56,856 bases of DNA from contig NMRA01000265.1 of NCBI GenBank assembly GCA_002633005.1, positions 506,942-563,797 of the forward strand, given 5' to 3'. The translations under genes and the position numbers were made by a program. Source of the stretch: Phoronis australis. Taxonomy: Eukaryota; Animalia; Phoronida. A model generated the notes under the pieces. The model worked only from the letters and a program-made list of their open reading frames with translations. It made no database searches and had not been told where the DNA came from. Shown here piece after piece: positions 1 to 13,500 of this stretch (within the stretch, counting starts at the first letter, position 1; the number at the start of each line of letters is the position of its first letter).

Positions 1-129
1 TCGAAGACTTGCACCAGGGAAATTAGCAGTAATAAGGCTTAGCGCGACGACGTATTTTGATAAAAATTCCATCTTTTACCAGTTGTTTACATGCAGACAG
101 CCACGCATGCGCAATTCAATCACCACTAG

Positions 130-2250
130 TACAGCAGCGACACCGCGAGGACAATTCTCCGAATAGCCCCATTGACAATCAATTGCTATGGCGGATCACA
201 GCAGATCATAAGACGAGGCCGATTCTGAGCGAAAACTTAACAGTTGTTATGCAGACAGAGGAGAGTGGGTACTGTCATCACACTCTAATACTTGAAGAAT
301 CAAACGATGAATTCGATTTCCCACTTAGCGAACAAATTCGTAGTCTTTGAGGCCGTATGAACTCGATCCATTTGCACGCGAAATACTACAGACACGTGTG
401 AGCCGCATCCATCTGAACCCAATGTGTGGTCAATAGTCACAAATTAGACACTAACAAAGGCCACAGTAAACCTGAGCCACTCGTATTCAATTTTGACAAG
501 TTGGAACGAGCACGGTCTAAACACAACATATTTTATAAGACTACGTGACGTAGCTCTGGACCGGGTTCGAGGTCCTGTTATCACTCGCCCTAAAATGGAA
601 GCAGTTTGTTCATCATTTATAAAATTTGCAAATGCACTTAGAAGGTGGCGAGTCCTTCATCGTAACGCCGCTTTTGTGTTTTTCGAACAAAGTGTGGCTC
701 ACGACCGAATCACATGTTCCACTCTCGTGCGGCGCACAAACGATGACATTTCTGTGCAATTTTCACGTATTTAGGAAATTTGACCAGAGAGACATTCTCA
801 GTCAAGTTACTGTTATTATTTCCAAAATTTATATTTGAATTTGCAAATGGTTTTATTAAATAACATACTGAAGTAATCAATTCTTTTTGGAACGAAGTTT
901 TAAGTAATTGGTCTTTCTGCATAAGTAAACAGCTCCATAAAGATGAGAATGATTTACTCTCAACAAGTTTACACCATAATGATGAAATACTAATAGACTG
1001 AAAATCTATCTTCTTAAGAAGTATGCTAGTGGTCGTGTTCTTTTATTAATGACCTACTCGATGAAAATAAAAGGTTTTATTCATTTACTGATTTAAAAAG
1101 ATCTCTAATATATCTACACACTTTTTGGAATATTGTTATCTGATTGAGTCTATTAAGTCATTCCTGAGGAGAACACCATTACAAATACAATTAATTAAGA
1201 TATATGGACCTATAATACCTTTTAATATTCGTAATTTTTTAAACTGCACGTCAATATGTAAAATGGTATATGGAATTGTTTGACAGAACAAAATTTTGCC
1301 TATTGCCCAAAACAAATTCAAGAAGAAGGTTATAACTTTCGAAGTGATGACTGGAAAATAGTATATTCATTGTCTTTTAAAACTACTTATGATTTCAAGT
1401 TATTTACATTGCAGTTTAAACTATTACATAGAATACTTATAACGAACTATTTTCTAAAAGAATTAACCTGGTGGACTCTGATGTATGTACTTTCTGCCAT
1501 TCACAAAGTGAAACAGTGGATCACATCCTTTTCGAATGCAATAATATAAAAACATTGATAGGAGAATTACGCAGTTGGGTGTTGTTGGTAAAAGGTATAA
1601 ATATGGCTATTGACAAAAACAATGATTTTTGGCATGCCCATAAGTAATGGAAATAAAGTTTTAAATAGGATAATTTTGCAATTAAAACATAATTTTATTT
1701 ACGTATCTAGGTCCAAACAAATAAACCCCAGTTTCTGTCATTTCCTTAATATATTAAAAAGAGAATTTTATATTCAAAAAAGATTTTTATTAAATAATGG
1801 CAACTTAGATGAATACCATGCAACCTGAAGAAACTGGTTAACCATAACTTTTGCCTACATTTTACTAAAAGTGGGTGAGTATGTTGAGGGGGGTGCATGT
1901 GTTTGTTTGCGTGTGTTCGTGTGAGTATGTAAGGAGTGAGAATGGCTTTTTTGTCTTAAAAGTCTTTTTATTTCTGTTTTGTATACCAATAAAAAGTCGC
2001 TGTTATTACATCTTTCCCAAACGCACCTTTTCATGTCTGGAAAAGGCTGCTCTCCGCGGACTTTCCTCACAACTCCTCAGTATCGCACCGGTAAAAACAA
2101 CAACGGCGGAGACGGTCTTCCACCCATTACGTACAACCCTGATAACAGAAAAATATTAAACAAATTTTTGGCTCTTTTCGTACACGTACCCTATTCGGAA
2201 GGTCATCATGGGACATTTAATTCATGTTTTAGGACATGGCCATGACAATA
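130..2250 (-). pseudogene. Decayed IAP-like gene (BIR-BIR-RING) interrupted by a LINE
   Basis: Read across frameshifts: SWP..SHDDLPN, 51-nt intron 2189-2139, GLYVMG..EDRLR.CCF..GAILRSCEE..RHEKV (BIR1, ~2245-2000); KFPKY..VEHVIRS/HFVRKTQ (partial BIR2, ~790-680); SVCI..IGLVL..RH..DCQWGYSENCPR.CR (RING-like, ~265-135). Confidence 0.5.
1135..1995 (+). mobile_element. 5'-truncated LINE (L1/Tx1-like), ORF2 C-terminus and 3' UTR
   Basis: DWKIVY..LQFKLLHRILITNYFLK, frameshift, LVDSDVCTFCHSQSETVDHILFEC (zf-RVT-type CCHC), IFG..LNRIIL..FIY; TG-rich 3' UTR ending aataaaaa. Confidence 0.8.
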
Positions 2251-2406
2251 ACAAGCCCAGTTTGGGTGTTAACAAAGAATAACAACAATTACTTTTCAAA
2301 GCAGTTCTCTGAAATGAGTTAACGCTATGTTCACTGTAACCCTCGGTTGACCTCAAACGCTAGGAGCAACTCCTTAAAACGGCAGCTAAGGGGCAGTGCG
2401 ACTAAC

Positions 2407-2414
2407 TATTTATA
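2407..2414 (-). promoter_or_regulatory. TATA box upstream of the IAP-like pseudogene
   Basis: TATAAATA on minus, about 170 nt upstream of the BIR1-like sequence and about 400 nt past the kinase stop. Confidence 0.4.
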
Positions 2415-2821
2415 AGGGTTACAGGACTAGTGTGGGAAAGATAACCCACCAAGGACCACGTGATCCACTTTATAGCATAGTGAGCAAGTGTTATTAATTG
2501 AACACTGCTTTTATCACCAAAGAAATGTCTGAAATCATCGAAACATCGAAACATGCTTTAATATTCTTTTACTCATTTTTACACAAAATGGCATATTGGA
2601 CCAATCAGTCTCAAATGCCAATTTCATGGCAACTAGATATTACGTTGGGTCAGTGAGACATAATCGACTGACATAAAAGTAAGATGGTAAACAAAAACGA
2701 GTCGACAGTTTCAGAATATTAACTTCTTTTGGTAACGTTCACAAATCCAACACTCACTGATGTCATTTCTTGTTGGCCACTTTGTATTTTTGACGTATAT
2801 ATGCGTAGTATTTACGCGTCT

Positions 2822-4506
2822 TTAGCCAACTCCTATTGGTGCCATTGCCCTCGTCTCCATAACGACCAACGCGGCATAGAGAAACTTCAGCGACGGTCGT
2901 TTCACTGGGCTTTCTTCCATAGCCATCTCACCAAGACGACGGATCTGATTAAGAAAGCTTCCCCCATTGAACACATTAATATCGTCCGCCACGTCTATTA
3001 TAAGACACCCCAAGCTGTATATATCTGTCTCTACGCTAGTAGCACGCCTCTTGATTTTGACTTCAGGGGCTACTTGTGGGAAGTCTGAGAGAGGCTCAAA
3101 CTTACTTTTAAAGCTGAAAATATTGACGTCGTTAGTGTTTGCGGCTATTGTTAGACAACTATCTCCTCACTATACTGTCCATCAAGTGTCAACGAACCCA
3201 ATTCGACGAATCTAGGTCGAAAATGAGTATATGTACCTCTTTGCTTCACAACGATGAATAGAAGTTTGATTAATTTATAACTAAAGGCTCACTTAACGGC
3301 TGCCAATTGAAAAACATACCCTACATGTATACATGCACGCAAGATGATCGCAATTTCGTCAAACGGATAACATGCTCAAGACTTAAAAATATAGACTTAC
3401 ACCCTTCCTTCACACACACTCCCAAGTCCGAAGTCAATCAGGAATATATTTGCCTCATTCGAAGACAACTTCTCGATGAGGACATTATCAGTTTTTAAGT
3501 CGTTATACAGAATACCCTTTTCGTGAATCGTTTGTAGTGCCTTTACAATTTTCATCAATATTCGTATACATAAAAGAATGGAAACGCCAGATCGGCGAGA
3601 GTTGAGCAGAAATTTACAAAGCGTCTGTCCATTGGCTAAGTACTCCATGACGAGGGCGAACGACCCTGTTCCATCAAGATCACCGGTAGGCAGTAAACCG
3701 TAAATTTTGGGTACAAACCCAGTGTCCTCCAGTAACTTTGTGACTACATATTCTAGGGCACAATATTTCAGATTTGTAGAAAAATACTTTTTGATGCAGA
3801 CGGTTTTTGTGACGCCGTTGTCCAATGTCAGGTCACCAGTGTATACGTCACCAAACCCACCTTTACCTATAGACAAACTGTGTCCAGAATCGGATTTGTG
3901 AACACTAAAACATGAGAAAAGATGAAACCATACTAGAAAAATATCACTAAAAGATAATCAGATGTGCGAGATGCTAGAATGTAACATTTTTAGTATCTAC
4001 TTGTCTACATGTTTCAAAATCAATAGTTTTAAAAGTGATTGAATAATTATTAGAACTCGGTAAAGCAATTCATTCAGTGATATAGACAGGCAATGAAAAC
4101 TAAACTAAACAAAACACGTTACGTTTAATACAGTACAGTCAGCTAAATTCTTACACACCGATTACTTACTTGAATCTGTCACGATTCAAAAAGGACACTC
4201 TTTCGGAGAAACACCACGTTTTGCTTCTCGATGGCCGTGAACGTGTCGTAAGAGCTGTATGGGTTACCAACTCCTGTGTGGTATGCCCTTTCCGGATCGG
4301 ACTTGATGCAACCTCGTTACAAGAACCTCGTTGAAACTTATTTGTTAAACGAGATCTTTGACTGCAAGAATACACTTCGATACCTGGGTTTGATTTTGGT
4401 GAGATTTCAATCGGCCATGCTGACGATACTTCATTAACAACGTGATCACGTGATTTGGGAGAAATGTGTCTTCTTGGAGGACTTGCTTCATGAAACAGTG
4501 TCTTTT
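2822..4506 (-). CDS. Protein kinase, divergent; last three exons (5' exons not located)
   Basis: Exons 4506-4170, 3904-3401, 3113-2822 join in frame via GT-AG introns. Motifs: IGKGGFGDVY, VCIK, alphaC Glu (ALEY), LVMEY, YNDLKTDNVL, IDFGL, QVAPE, TDIYSLG, KRPS. The upstream exon is Ser/Pro/basic-rich (SPPR, ISPK twice). Confidence 0.85.
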
Positions 4507-5046
4507 CTGAAAGAAGATACTAAGCTAAGATACTAAGCTGTGTCGACAGAATCCCTTGAATACGAAATCAAAATTGATGAGGGCCTGCCTGCTGCTCTTA
4601 CAGAGTTCTCGTGACAACGAGGCTTGTGAGAACGACTTTGTGTAATGTTTACAACACGTTTCTGGGGATATTATCTAATGAGGGGACCAAAGCGAGACAA
4701 GACATATATTTATAATAATTATTATAAAAACATACAACGCTTCTCAAAATAATAAATAAAATTATTACTCATCACTAGGGGGTCCCAAAGTCTACAATTT
4801 GGATTAATAAAATTATTAGGGTTTAAAGCCAGGAATATTCTTTTTAAATTTGGCACATGATGGTGATAAGATAGTGTATCATTCCAGACACTTAAGCAAG
4901 CACCACCAGATGGCTTTGCACTACCCATTGAAAAGCAAGAACCCAGGTATGTGAATGTTCGATTAAAATGTCATTATTTAAATTGCACACTATAGGAAAT
5001 GCAAAGCCTTTGTTTCAATCCAACTTTGAAATAGTAAATTTAGAAC

Positions 5047-5048
<2 letters not shown>

Positions 5049-5108
<60 letters not shown>
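5049..5108. repeat. (TA)n microsatellite
   Basis: About 26 perfect TA units followed by a degenerate tail. Confidence 0.97.
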
Positions 5109-5109
<1 letters not shown>

Positions 5110-8100
5110 TTTTATCCAAAATTCACTTGTTTAATTTCTGATTTCATTGCATTTACACGTTCTTTTGTAGTCTCACGATGATTGGATAATTTAGATAATA
5201 AACTGTTACCATGTTAAGAATCGACTCATGACACCCAAACTTAAGGTTGTTCATGCGACCCCAGAAAAATGTCCGAATTTGGCAGACTTCGGAACATTAT
5301 ATCTCAGACAGTGCTGATCAGATTTACATAAAACTTTCACACACTATGCTTGATGCATTGTTCTCTAAAACGTTGTCAGGAATTGCTTTTGAAATTCCCA
5401 AATTTGCAAGAAGGGTTGTCAACAAATGGGATTCTTATGATTTTTATGAACTAAAAATCCAAAGTTGTATAAATTGACAACAAAATGACAATCTAAAAAT
5501 CTGCAACAGAGATTTGAGATTCCATTTTGAAGATTTATATTAAATAAAATTTGGTAATGCTGTTAAGTTAACTATGTGGCTTGCTCGTTTGCTAACATGG
5601 CCGCACGACCCAATTTACCCAGTCGGCTATATTCTGCATTATCAAAATAAACAAAATGTCACCTGAATTAATCGTTTTATAAACTATAAATCAGTAAAAC
5701 AAAAATGTATATTTTGTAAAGTTTAAATGACAAAAATGAAATTTTAGTCGAAATAATCTGTGTTCTTAGACAAGCTAAACTCGCATGACCATCTACTTGA
5801 GCTCATTAAGACGTGATCTTATTGGTCGGAATTAATGCATACTGTAAAGCACTGAACTGGTATGTTTGTAATTCTTGAGTTTGTATCGCAGTCAACCGAA
5901 CTAACACGGAACTTGCCACTTTGACAAAGTTACGTATTTTCAGTCTAGTTTGTGAGCCCGGGATTTTAATTCCATTACAGGAAAATGTAACTATGTCTTT
6001 TACCTGAACTTGAAATTATGATCAAAGACAGCGTAACTGCCAAATCTCGAAAGCAAAGTACTGAAAATCAAACGACACTACTAGTATAATTACATGTATG
6101 TTTAATTTACAGCTTTTAAATTCCCGATTAAGGCACAAGTTTGATAGCGAGTATCTGTGAGCGACAGCAGTAGACAAACTTCTCATTTTGGGAAGACTTT
6201 TCATCTACTCATTTTGTTTATTTGAACTAATGCTATAAACCTGTATCTATATACTTAAAAAGAAACGTGGGAAATGACTGATGTTACAACAAGATGACTG
6301 CGCATGCAACAGGAAGGGTTTTGCAGTACACTTTACTTCTAATTGTAGCACGGTGCACATGAACAGCCGGTGAACTTCTTATATTACACACCTAACTCAA
6401 CGAACAACACGCTCCTATCCATAAAAACGCTGGTAGAATCCTATAGCTATGCAAATGGTCTCGCATTGGTCGCTTGTGATGAATGTAAATATGCGAAGAC
6501 ATTGCACTAGTGCTGGTTATCATGGTGCACCTTTGATTAAGCTAATAGTATTTGGTTTATTCATTGCATACTGCTGTTTGCGTTTTATGGAACTTTTTGC
6601 ACTAGCATTTGACAAGTTTGTTTACATCAGTTGCCATTGCAACCATTTTAGGTTTTCAAAAAAATGTAACTGGTTTTGACATAGAGGCCATCAAGCCTAA
6701 AACCCTAAAATTGTAGATTTCTACCGGCACAATACCGATTTATCATGATAAGGATACCCAATTCAGCTCAGAAACACACGGGAATTTTCAACAAAGAACC
6801 ATCCCAAGTACTCAAACAAGACTTTGACCATAAGCCTGAAATTCCCAATTCCGGTTGACTAAATACCTGATTACCATGACATTGATGTATATTACAGCTA
6901 GGCGACGCCCTAAGTGTTAACATAGTGTAAACAACATGTACATAGTTGCCATCAAACTTGAAACTGCTGGTTTTAGGCGTCTGACTACTGACACCTGGTG
7001 GTTGTTTTAAAGATACGCTTTGCACTCCATTGTAGTTAAAAACTTCTCATAAAACGGGTTGTAAGGACAGTTAGTTCAGTCAAAAATTAAGTCTTAATAA
7101 TGTTCATTCAAGACAACTTCAAATATTTTCAAATTTAATCTATTAAAAATGAAATTTTTAGTTTCCTTTTTTTGGCACCTCACCACCTAACATAGCCATC
7201 CGAAGTAAGTGCCAGCTGACTCACGCATTGTGGCTACTTACCCGACTGCCGCAATATGTAATGAGTTTTGTGCAGAAACACCGGTCAGTTTACAAAAATA
7301 AAAAATAGTGTAAAGTGTGGCAAACAAAAAGGGGGCTGAAAGTTACAAATCGTTTAAAATTTAGTGGTACGTTTCGACAGACGAAATTCATCCTGTAAAT
7401 TTGCGAATGTACATTTAAAGACGAGAGTGTCTTTAAGCTCCAGACACAGAACAATTTAGTGACGGATTTCAGCCGCTGTAAAATGGCTGTTTTTATAAAG
7501 CTGGTGTCATTACGCTTGCTTATTGATAAAAACCTGGTAAGTTGAGCACATTTATGAACTCTTGACCCGTCGTACATTGCAGAACTGACCTCCAGAATCC
7601 TTGCTTTACGAAATCTGAGCTGCCACTTAAGAAACGACGTATGGTAAAATTAAGCAATGTGGGAATTGTCAGGAGGATCGATAACGAACAATTGTTATGA
7701 AATTACGCCAGCAAAATTGCCCCTGAGAACAAATTCTACCAGGTATTACTTTCTTTGAGGGTACATGCGACATAACCATTAGTTTCAAAAATCGCCGAAA
7801 GTGACCACGCCGTAACCACATTTCATTTACTTTCAATGAGATAAAAATAACTTAACTGAATCCAAAGGTATATACAGATGCCGAATGATAATGTTCCAAC
7901 CCCACCCACAAGGCTTAGTACGCCCCATTACGCGATACGCGTACCTTGCGAAAAGGCCACTAAGACATACTGTAAACCAGTGCCCAGGAGTTATGCACAG
8001 TTAGGGAGTGATAACTTCAAATAGTATTTCCGGGTACTTGGGAAAAAGAGCCTGCTACCCAAAGCCTCAAGAGCTAAATAGTCTACAGGACTGGTGCATC

Positions 8101-8272
8101 ATATCTTGGATGTGCGAAAGGAAAGAGGTAGACAACTATTTTTAGTGTCTCTTTTGATTAAATTGCAATTTTCTGGTTATATTCGATAATTTTCACACCA
8201 ATTATATTCCCACCGTGTTCTAATTAGTAATGCAAGCATCACTCCGGAAGAGGTGTTCGCGGCCCGAACCAG

Positions 8273-8423
8273 CCTCCCGTTCAGTAACGCTAGGACCTCG
8301 CTAAAAAGCAAGACTTCGCGAGATTACGTGAGATATTGCCAAGCTTTTTAAATATGAACACGTGACTTTCACTAGGTTTGAGCTAGGTCCTAGCGTAGGT
8401 CCCAGCGTCTACTGAACGCACGC
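8273..8423. mobile_element. Small MITE (PIF/Harbinger-type)
   Basis: Inverted termini cgttcagtaacgctaggacct / aggtcccagcgtctactgaacg; CAG on both flanks. Confidence 0.5.
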
Positions 8424-10154
8424 CAGCTTTTCGCGTTATCATCTATTCTGTGGACATCTGTTAGTTGCATACTTAGGGGGACAAGGTGTCAAGCTCATCG
8501 CAAAGAGATCGGTAGATTGGCGTATTCATTGTTCACTTTGTTTTTTCTTTCTTTTTACAAATATATTGGCAAACATTTATCTGTAAGCGGTTGATGTGCG
8601 CGCAAGGTACGATAATGATGCGACCTGTATTGTTACATCCAACAAAGACGTAACAAAAGAAAATAATGACATTGTCTCCTGCGCCCGTGTCATGGATGTC
8701 GTAAGTTAAACAATACCTTTCGACCACCATACGAGTAAAAAATAAATATTTTACAAACATTGACGTATTTATTTGCCTTCAAAGAATATTCGCGGACAAT
8801 CCTACTATACAATGTATTTTAAATTAAAACTCAGGTATATGCGATTTTGCCAATGTTTTATCTGGACAGGAACTGGCTGAAGATGGCGATTACGAAAATT
8901 TGTCTCGTATATGGCAAACCTTTACAGGTTGCTGGGCTTGGACGCTGCCGTGACATTTCACCTGCAACTTCTTAATTGGCCTTGAGTCACTACAGTGGCA
9001 TATTCATGATCTCTGCAAAGTGCATATTATTTTACTGATCCGATGGTAAAAAATTTTCCCTTGATAATCCGTGGCGTGAATGGGGAACGCCACATTGTTG
9101 CTACGAACAAGCTTACACCGACTGATATTGTCATTGACTAGTATTTGGTGAAAAACAAACTACTATACTCTTCGAGTGCACATGATGTTTGCATCACGGT
9201 GTGCAATAAATTCCAAGCATACATGTACTGCATAAGACTCGGAGGAAGGCGAATAACTGTCTAAATTGGTACAATATGACTTAGACAATGGCGCATCCGG
9301 TGTCGAACGAAGTAGGACGTTTATGTGAACAACGATGTCGGGGGAATGATTCGGGCCACAAACGTCACTTACGTAATGACGCATGAATTTTTAGTTAGAT
9401 CCCGGAGCAATAAAATTGTTTATGCCACGACAAGTTCTCGCATTGGCAGAAATTGAATCTGTGAATGTTCAAATGGTTTTCCAAACGTCAGCGGTAACTC
9501 GGTTAAAACATAAATATATAACATAACGAAACGCTTAAATTATCTGAAATTTTCATTTTTTGTGATTTTGAAAGCTAGCTTGTCCAGGATACTAGTTACT
9601 ATCTAGGCCTACGTTATATTTGCACTAATTTAAATTTCGATTACTTTAAATTTGAAAAAAATGAAGCCAAGTCCACGCTAAATTAAGTTGAAAATAAAGG
9701 ACCATAAAGTTTTGTGTAATAAGTAAATATCGAAAGCTAATATTTGGTTTAAGAGTCTACATATAAAGTATGACGATGTTATCAAAGTAATATGCAATCT
9801 GAAGTGTTGCATGATGATCTCAGACAATTTCTCTTAAATTCGAAAAAGTCAGGGAAATAACGTGTGACAGACTATTGATCTAAGAATGAGTGTTTACGCA
9901 GGAAACGCTGAAGCCATCCTTCCGTGAACCACTGCGCTAAAATAACAATGAAGCATTTTCATACCCACAGAATGATAAACGAACTTACAGGGAAAACATG
10001 CAGCATTCGTTTTAATCTCATCAGACTTACCCAACTGTTTTGAAAGGAATGGGGAGTCCCTGCAAAGAATAAATCCAAGCATTTCAGATGATAAAACCAA
10101 TAGCAAAGAAAACAAATTTCAGGCTAAACAGCATTCTTTTGAAAAAAAATATGT

Positions 10155-10595
10155 AATAAAGACAACTTTATAAATTGTAGCGGCATGTTTCGGCGGTGAA
10201 ACATTCATCATTGAGAATGGATGGCAGGATAGCTACAGGCACAATACACAGAAAATTCCAAACCCGCAAAAAAACCAGAACAGGATTGCCTTGCAATCAG
10301 CGAAAGTGAAACTATTGGCTATCTCTTGAAACTAGTATAACTGCCATTAATCACACTCGGTTATTGGAAAAACCTTCACCCAATGCACATGTTTCCCATG
10401 AGTTACAGTTACACTGAGTTATGATTCGCTGATCGCTAGCCAATCCTGATCTGGTATTTCTGCGCGTTTTGGAACTTTTTATGTATTGTATCTGTGGGCA
10501 TCCTGGCATCTGTTCTCTGAATACAGCTCGACAATGGTGAATGTTTTACCGTCGCAACAAGTCGCTTCATTTTAGAAAAGTTATTGTCTTTATTC
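10155..10595. repeat. Diverged foldback element (long imperfect inverted repeat)
   Basis: ~10155-10312 aligns to the reverse complement of ~10418-10595 (e.g. ccagaacaggattgccttgcaatcagcgaa vs ccagatcaggattggctagcgatcagcgaa). Confidence 0.75.
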
Positions 10596-13500
10596 AAGCT
10601 TTACTTGTTTTCGTCAGTGCGAGAACTTTCGATTTTTTGTGATTTCATACGTACCTTGGTAAATCGCATTTGTAGCCTGTTTCGACCGTCACTAAGTTGG
10701 GTTTCGATACTGCCATCTGTTTCTGTTTATTAAGAACGTTATCCTACAGTAGAAACATGTACAAATTTCGTCAAACTGGACATCTGGACTTTTCCCAGAT
10801 TTATTACATGAGGAAGATTCCCATAGTTACAACCAACTTTCCCATAAAATATATCCAAACATGTTTAACTGAAGAAATTTGCTAATATAAGCCTGAGTTC
10901 TTATACAGGGACCGACGAGGAGGCAGAACGGGAGTCTGTTCCGCAACACGACCAAGTCCAAATGTGAATTCTCCTAAGACGCCTTTTCCGCCACCTTATC
11001 GTCCAATCCCAAATAAGACGGTAGATCTGCCTTCTTACCGCGAGAACGCTACATATTCCAATGACGTAACTTTTGGATAGCTTGTGTTAGCCCATAAATT
11101 TGTCCTCTTGCCTTGAGAACGCTACATATTCCAACAACACAACCTATGGTGAGGAGCCCGTGGAGACCCCCCTGCTTGGCCAGAACATCACAGGTAGAGG
11201 AGTGTGCTAATTACTTCTCAGTTGACAGTACATGGTTGACATAATGTAAGCGTCTTGTCAAGCTAATAAGTACAGCAAATGTCAAAATTACTGGTGAGTC
11301 TGCTGATAAGAGATCTTTGTGAAATCTTTTTCAAGCGACAGGTTTGCCTTATGATCAGACGCTCTTTCTTCTTCCCTAACCAGTTCACCAATAATCACGA
11401 AACATACGAGTTAGTTGTAACGCAGCAACTTCAAATTAAAGAAGTCAAAACAAGGACCATTGAACTGAACGGCTTTGGAGGTTCAAGCAACGATTACTAA
11501 CCTTTTGCAATCCCAGATTTGTCTCATCCTGAACAGTTTGATTCGCTAAACAAGGGCAGCATAGCCTTTTCCTCAGTTTCGCCGCCATTGAATAGTACAA
11601 ATTGGGAACATGACGTCATGAAACTATGATGTCATTTTTATGAGTGAAAGTATGTAGACCTTACCAAAAAATCTGTGGTCCAGTTCATACACGCACCCAG
11701 CCTTTAATATGGGGGAGGGGTTCGTTCGAGCCCTCCGAGCCACCCCTGGGTGTGCGCATGCCAGTTTTTTAAATAACCATTTCCAACATGCCAGGTACAC
11801 TGTACGCATGTCAGGTTATATTACATGGGCTTCACATTGCTTGCATTTTGAAAAATTCCTGCGAGAGAAAATCATGATTGCTTGGGACACTGTCTGCGAC
11901 TTGTAAGCGTCGTTTAAAGGGACGATTTCTCGCTAGTGTCGACCAGAACATGAAAACTAGCATATCTTTTTAGCCAGATATCCATATCCTCCATCGTCCA
12001 GTTTCAGTAACATTGTACGATGTTTAATTGCCCTTTGGACATTTTAATTGTGTTTTTATTCAAATCTCCTTCTGCTGCTGTGTGTGTACCAGGGCCAAAA
12101 ACGAATTTACATTTTTAAGTCATGACGTGTATTGAATTATCCGAACCCTACTGTACAATAGGCACTTGTTCTGTATCGAAAAGGTGTAACGAAACAATCA
12201 CTGGATCATTTATACACTGAAACATGTGCCTTTTTAGAATTAACAATGCTTTGTAAGCCTGACCAGACAAGTTAAACTCTGTGTTCACCCAGATTCACTT
12301 GGTAATAATTTACAACCAAATATATTTATACTAGGCATTAATAAATAGTAATGTTTTCTGGTTTCAAACAGTTTTTGTAGCTCTTGAGTTAACCATCTTT
12401 TCCAAAGATTACAGTATTGTCTTCAACTTCACTGATAACAAGTTTCAATTTTCGCTATACTGTTCCAACTTGTTAACAAGTTTTTGAAACTGAATTGTAG
12501 CTTCAGAAAAAAACTAAATCGTTTTATAATGGCTGTCCATACAAGGTCAATAATCCAATCGGTACACTAGAATTACTCAATTGGAACTCAGGTCTAAATC
12601 ATTTATGTTGAAAGAAAGCAAAAAGTGAGAATGTTGGCAACCTTACCGAACTCTTGATAAGCAGTCGAAATAGTCTTCGTTAACTTGTACACACGATTTC
12701 ACCTTTTTGTATATGTATAGTATATATTTTCAGAAATACATTTCCTAGCAGTTTACATTTTGAACGGCATCTTCAAACACATTCGAATACCTTTTTAAAG
12801 TCTAAGATCAACCAATGTGAAGTTTGGACAGCCGATGGGAAGGATAAGCCTTCCGTTGGGAAGAACAGATCCAAAAGAGCGTCAAACAGACACACATGGG
12901 AAGGACCGGGTTGTGGTAGCGTCATTGCTTGATTTTTTAGCTCGCTTTTAAACTTCGTCAAGAGTACTACAACATGCTGCGTTAAATCATAAATTTTCGA
13001 GAGCTGAATTTACTTTAAAATTGATGACAAGTTTGATTTTCTGGTTTTTAAAGGGATTGCACATCTTTAATACTGTAGGCGTACAATGATTAACATTTTA
13101 GCGCGTAACACGAGACATTGACAGAGACTAGAAAAGGGACTTAGAAACAAAAATGAAACGAATTCAGAATTCCGACTTCAGTTATCTTGTCTTTCCCGTA
13201 TATCTTTTCCGCATTTCTCGTCGGTAATTACCGTTTTGTGTCAGTTCTTTACCCTTGGAGTCCCAAGTTTCACGCAGAGCGATGAAAGCTGAATTGAAGT
13301 GACACGATGAGCGTGAAATATGATTTTCCCTGAGAAATCGAACCTGGAACTCTTGCGGTTGCAATGGAACGCTATGCTGGCGGCTAAGACCAACTCGATA
13401 AACGGCGGAGTATGTTTAGGCTTGTTTAACTGATCGAGTCACCCTGTTTAATTTCTGAGATTTTGTGGTCAGCAACGGTGAGAATATTCGGTTTGTAATA

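Noticed and set aside
2056-2090. Hammerhead-like core CTGAGGA...GAAA on the minus strand
   Set aside because: Stem II cannot form and the sequence is explained as BIR-like coding remnant
11042-11133. Direct repeat gagaacgctacatattccaa, two copies 73 bp apart
   Set aside because: Only two units; a local duplication, not an array
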